64,000 nt of DNA from Planctomycetota bacterium (lineage in GTDB: Bacteria > Planctomycetota > UBA1135 > UBA2386): assembly GCA_965223545.1 (NCBI GenBank), contig OZ245006.1:2336001-2400000 (forward strand), read 5' to 3'. Under the pieces are notes generated by a model. It made no database searches, was not told the DNA's origin, and worked only from the letters and a program-made list of their open reading frames with translations. The translations under genes and the position numbers were made by a program. Shown here in pieces: positions 58,665-64,000 of this stretch (positions are counted from its first letter, which is position 1; the number at the start of each line of letters is the position of its first letter).

Positions 58665-60560
58665 ATGCGACTCTGGGAGCTTGCGCAAGAGCTCGGGGTG
58701 CCGGCCAGCGAGATCCTCGAGCGCTGTGAGACCGACGGGCTGACGATCATCAGCCACCCGCTGGGTGAGGTCGACGCCAACGCCGAGCACAAGATCCGCG
58801 GCTGGTTCGCCGCTGGCAGCCCGGCCGAACCGGATCCGACTCCACCTCCCGCGTCGCGGCCGGAGCCGCCGCCCAAGCCGGAGCCGGGGCCCAAGCCGGA
58901 ACCGATGCCTCCGGCGCCGACCGCCCCCGCCGCGCCACGCTGGCCGCGGCCGGCGCTGGTGGGCACCAGCTTGGCCGTGCTCACGCTCGCCTCGGCGCCG
59001 GCGCTGCCGAGCTTGCCACCGGCGGCACCGTTCGAGCTGCCGGGTCTCGGCGGCACGCTCGACATCACCGTGTTCTACGTCGTCGGCGCGGCATCGATCG
59101 TCGCGCTGTGCGCCGCCGCCCACAGCCGTGGCCGACCGCGCGTCCGCGGCTTGCTGGCGCACGCGGCTCTGTCCGGTCTGCCGATCGCAGCCCTGAGCAT
59201 GCTCGCGTGGCAGGCGTGGCCGCGCCATCCGCTGGGCCCGGCGCTGCTCGCGTGCGCGGCGTGGACCGGTGCCGGGCTCATGCGCCACGCCCTGTTGCAC
59301 GGGGGACCGCGCCGGCCCTGGTTGCGCGCCGGCGCGTGGACGGTCGCGTTGGCGTTGATCGTCGCCGGCGCCGCCACCTTGATCGGCTGGCGGCCACTGC
59401 CGCGCTCGCTCGCCGACCTTCGCCACCTCGCCGGTGCGGACCTCAGGCACGTCGACCTCAGCGCGCAGAGCCTGCGCGGCGCCGACTTGCGCGGCGCCGA
59501 CCTGCGCTTCGCGCGGCTGATCGGCTGCGACCTCGAAGGCGCGCAGCTCGACGGCACCGACCTCGGCCGCGCCGACCTCACCGGCTCGAGCCTGATCAAT
59601 GCGAGCCTGGCCGACGCCGACCTGCGCCACGCCAATCTGGACTCCACCAACCTCGCGGGTTGCGACCTGCGCGGCACGCGCTTCGGCCGCGCGGTGCTGA
59701 TCCGCACGGTCCTCGACGATGCGCTGCTCAGCGGCGCCGACCTCGCCGGCGCCTGCCTGTCGGAGTGCCGGCTGCGCGGCGCCGACCTGCGCGGCGTCGA
59801 GCTCGGCCGGGTCGAGCTGCGCGGCGCGGGTCTGGCCGGAGTCCGCCTCGACGGCGCGGATCTGCGCGCCCTCGACCTGCGTTGGTGCAAGCTGAGCGAC
59901 GCCGAGCTCGCCGGCGCGAAGCTCGCCGGGGCCGATCTGCGCGGCGCGCGGCTCGACGGCGCGCGGCTGGCGCGTGCCGATCTCCGCGGCGCTCGCCTGG
60001 AGGGCGCCGATTTGCGCGGTGCCGACCTCGATGGCGCGGCGCTGGACACCGCGGCGCTGCGCGCGGTCAAGCTGCGCGGCGCGCGGCTGGGTGGCTTGCG
60101 CGCGGTGGGACTCGACCTGCACGCCCTCGACTGGCGCGGCGTGGACCTGCGCGGCGCGGTGCTCAGCGATGCCGACCTGTCGCAGACCGATCTGCGTGGA
60201 GCACTGCTCGCCGGCGCGATCTTGCAGCGCGCCGACCTGCGCGAGACCCGACTCGACGGTGCCGACCTGCGCGGCGCCGACCTGCGCGAAGCACTGCTCG
60301 CCGGCGCGACCTTGGGGCCGACCGGCACCAGCGCGGTGCGCGAAGCCAGCGCTCGCACCGACGGACACGACGGTACCGGCGCCGCGCAACCGGCAAAGCT
60401 CGGCGGCGCTGACTTGCGCGGCGCTCGTGGCCTCAGTTGTCAACAGCTGCGCTGCGCCCTCGAGTGGGATCGCGCCGCGCGCGACGAACTCCTGCGGTGC
60501 GGCGCGGCGATTCCATCGCCACCGCGGCAGCGCGACCGCCAACCGAGCTCCGGCCGCTGA
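58665..60560 (+). CDS. IF2-N-like HTH + Pro linker + TM bundle + pentapeptide repeats
   Basis: MRLWELAQELGVPASEILERC...SH; about 5 hydrophobic segments; dozens of A(D/R)LRG repeats. Confidence 0.85.
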   Translation: MRLWELAQELGVPASEILERCETDGLTIISHPLGEVDANAEHKIRGWFAAGSPAEPDPTPPPASRPEPPPKPEPGPKPEPMPPAPTAPAAPRWPRPALVGTSLAVLTLASAPALPSLPPAAPFELPGLGGTLDITVFYVVGAASIVALCAAAHSRGRPRVRGLLAHAALSGLPIAALSMLAWQAWPRHPLGPALLACAAWTGAGLMRHALLHGGPRRPWLRAGAWTVALALIVAGAATLIGWRPLPRSLADLRHLAGADLRHVDLSAQSLRGADLRGADLRFARLIGCDLEGAQLDGTDLGRADLTGSSLINASLADADLRHANLDSTNLAGCDLRGTRFGRAVLIRTVLDDALLSGADLAGACLSECRLRGADLRGVELGRVELRGAGLAGVRLDGADLRALDLRWCKLSDAELAGAKLAGADLRGARLDGARLARADLRGARLEGADLRGADLDGAALDTAALRAVKLRGARLGGLRAVGLDLHALDWRGVDLRGAVLSDADLSQTDLRGALLAGAILQRADLRETRLDGADLRGADLREALLAGATLGPTGTSAVREASARTDGHDGTGAAQPAKLGGADLRGARGLSCQQLRCALEWDRAARDELLRCGAAIPSPPRQRDRQPSSGR

Positions 60561-60567
60561 CACGACG

Positions 60568-60969
60568 ATGGCGGAGCCACCGACATCGACCGAGGTCCTC
60601 GCGGCGCTGCAGGCCCTGCCACCGACCGAGCTCAAGATCGTCGGCGGCCTGGCGACACTCATGATCGCCAACCCGCAGTCGGTCCGCGATTCGGAGTGGA
60701 TCTCCGAGCGAGTCGTCGAGCTCACCGTGTTGGCGGAACACCACCCCGCCGAAGGCGCGCCGGCGGCGACATCCGCCGACGTCGAGCGGGTGCGCGCGTT
60801 CGTCCAAGAGCGCATCCACGACCTGGTCGGCCACGCGATGCAGCTGTTCGTCCGCACGGCCCTCGACCTTCAACAGACCGGCATGCCGTTCTCCTTCGCC
60901 GACGCGCGTGCGGTGGTCTTGGGCTACGTCGGCAGCGAGCACGAGCTGCCGCTGAAGACCGACAACTGA
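60568..60969 (+). CDS. Hypothetical helical protein
   Basis: ATG 7 nt after the previous stop; GC3-biased codons. Confidence 0.7.
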   Translation: MAEPPTSTEVLAALQALPPTELKIVGGLATLMIANPQSVRDSEWISERVVELTVLAEHHPAEGAPAATSADVERVRAFVQERIHDLVGHAMQLFVRTALDLQQTGMPFSFADARAVVLGYVGSEHELPLKTDN

Positions 60970-61030
60970 GACCGACTCGCGCCGCGCGACGGTTGGAGGC
61001 GCGACGCCGGCCAGTGCTACGATCACGCGG

Positions 61031-62827
<1,797 letters not shown>

Positions 62828-62879
62828 AGTCGACAGGGCCCGGCGACCGATCTCATCCTGAGAACGGCCCCGATCTCCG

Positions 62880-64000
62880 ATGTCCGACGCCACCGCTCTC
62901 CGCATTCTGTTGATCGGCTCCCTGCTCGGCGTCGTCGCCTTCGCGGGCCTCGCCTTCGTCGCGCGCGAGCCAGGTCTTGGCACGAGTTCGCCCTCGCCGC
63001 GCGCGCAGCCGGCGCCCCTGGCGACTTCCAACGACGACGAGAGTGGCCAGCCCGAGGCTGGCGGGCCGCGGGCGGAAGCAGACCGCGCCGGCACGGTACC
63101 GGCACCGGATCCCGCAAACGACGATCCTCCTCCAGTGGCAGCTCCGGAGGGAGTCGACGACCAAACGGCGAGCCACTTGGCTCCGATCACGTCCGAACCA
63201 CCGCCAGCCATGCCGCCTCCGTTGGCCGCGACTCCCGCCGCGCGGGAAGTCCGCCAACGGGAGAACTCGACCGCCAGCGTCGGCATCAACCTGGCAGAGT
63301 TGACCTTCTACTCCACCGAGTACCCCTTCGTGGACGCGTTCAAGCTGTCCGCTCCGTTCCTGCACCAGGCCGATGGGCGCTGGACGGTGGAGACACCGAT
63401 GGAGCTGCGCAACGACGGCTATCCCGCGCGGCTCGCCGCCGGCCATTTCGCCGGCACGCTCATCTTTCGCGACATCGACCAGTTCCCCAGCGGCACCTAC
63501 ACCTGCCTGTACGACGGCGAGGGCGACATCGAGTTCGACTACGCGGCGCAGGTGCTCGAGCGCGCGCCCGGCCGCATCAAAGTCGCGGTGCGTAACGATC
63601 CGGGCGGCATCTACTTGACGATCCGACGCACCGACCCCGAGGACCCGGTGCGCAACATCCGCTTGTTGATGCCCGGGATCGAGAGTGAAGAGCCCGACGC
63701 GCCGTTTCACCCCGACTTCCTCGACCGGTGGCGTGGCGTGTCGACCCTGCGCTTCATGGATTGGATGCGCACCAACGACTCGAACACGGTCACCTGGGAC
63801 GAACGCACCCGGCCGGACGGACAGACTCAAGCGGGGCCGCGCGGCGTCGCACCGGAGTACATCGCGCAGCTGTGCAACACGCTCGACGCCGACGCATGGG
63901 TCTGCATCCCGCACCGCGCCAACGACGGTTACGTGCGCGGTCTCGCCGAGCTGCTGGCAGAACAGCTCGAGCCGCAACGCAAGGTCTACCTGGAGTACAG
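62880..64000 (+). CDS. Membrane-anchored putative glycan-active (TIM-barrel GH-like) protein, 3'-truncated; not in the ORF track
   Basis: MSDATALRILLIGSLLGVVAFAG.., Pro-rich linker, VGINLAELTFYSTEYPFVDAFK, LRFMDWMRTN, WVCIPH, KVYLEY. Confidence 0.7.
   Translation, partial: MSDATALRILLIGSLLGVVAFAGLAFVAREPGLGTSSPSPRAQPAPLATSNDDESGQPEAGGPRAEADRAGTVPAPDPANDDPPPVAAPEGVDDQTASHLAPITSEPPPAMPPPLAATPAAREVRQRENSTASVGINLAELTFYSTEYPFVDAFKLSAPFLHQADGRWTVETPMELRNDGYPARLAAGHFAGTLIFRDIDQFPSGTYTCLYDGEGDIEFDYAAQVLERAPGRIKVAVRNDPGGIYLTIRRTDPEDPVRNIRLLMPGIESEEPDAPFHPDFLDRWRGVSTLRFMDWMRTNDSNTVTWDERTRPDGQTQAGPRGVAPEYIAQLCNTLDADAWVCIPHRANDGYVRGLAELLAEQLEPQRKVYLEY

Noticed and set aside
59430..60430. Dense 15-bp repeats (GCCGACCTGCGCGGC)
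   Set aside because: Explained by pentapeptide-repeat coding

Overview
High-GC bacterial chromosome segment, most likely from a Planctomycetota lineage. That assignment is an inference from the integrase N-terminus, the membrane-anchored ECF sigma fusion and the Trp-rich kelch protein. Positions ~2088-16859 form a visibly lower-GC genomic island inserted at the 3' end of tRNA-Pro(GGG). It is bounded by a ~205-bp direct repeat made of 45 bp of tRNA plus ~160 bp carrying an integrase leader and N-terminus. Its cargo is a truncated tyrosine integrase, a nuclease-TM-TPR protein, an EEP nuclease split by an IS256, an intact IS66, an RHH-like regulator, and a coupled pair made of a 925-aa unknown protein and a eukaryote-like phospholipase D. 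This pair is the best candidate for an undescribed system. The rest is core and accessory chromosome: priA, an MCP, a long glmU-prs-rplY-pth-rpsF-rpsR-rplI-rimO-pgsA-HAMP/PP2C-mazG-nif3 operon, birA, rsmJ, ECF sigma modules, ndh and a CPA1 antiporter. Several secreted proteins share a C-terminal domain. There is also a cluster of two CotH-like kinases, a metallophosphoesterase, a GT-C, DUF4956 and a VTC protein, followed by an IF2-N/TM/pentapeptide fusion, fucI and a truncated putative glycan-active protein. All family assignments are by eye from motifs; no searches were run.
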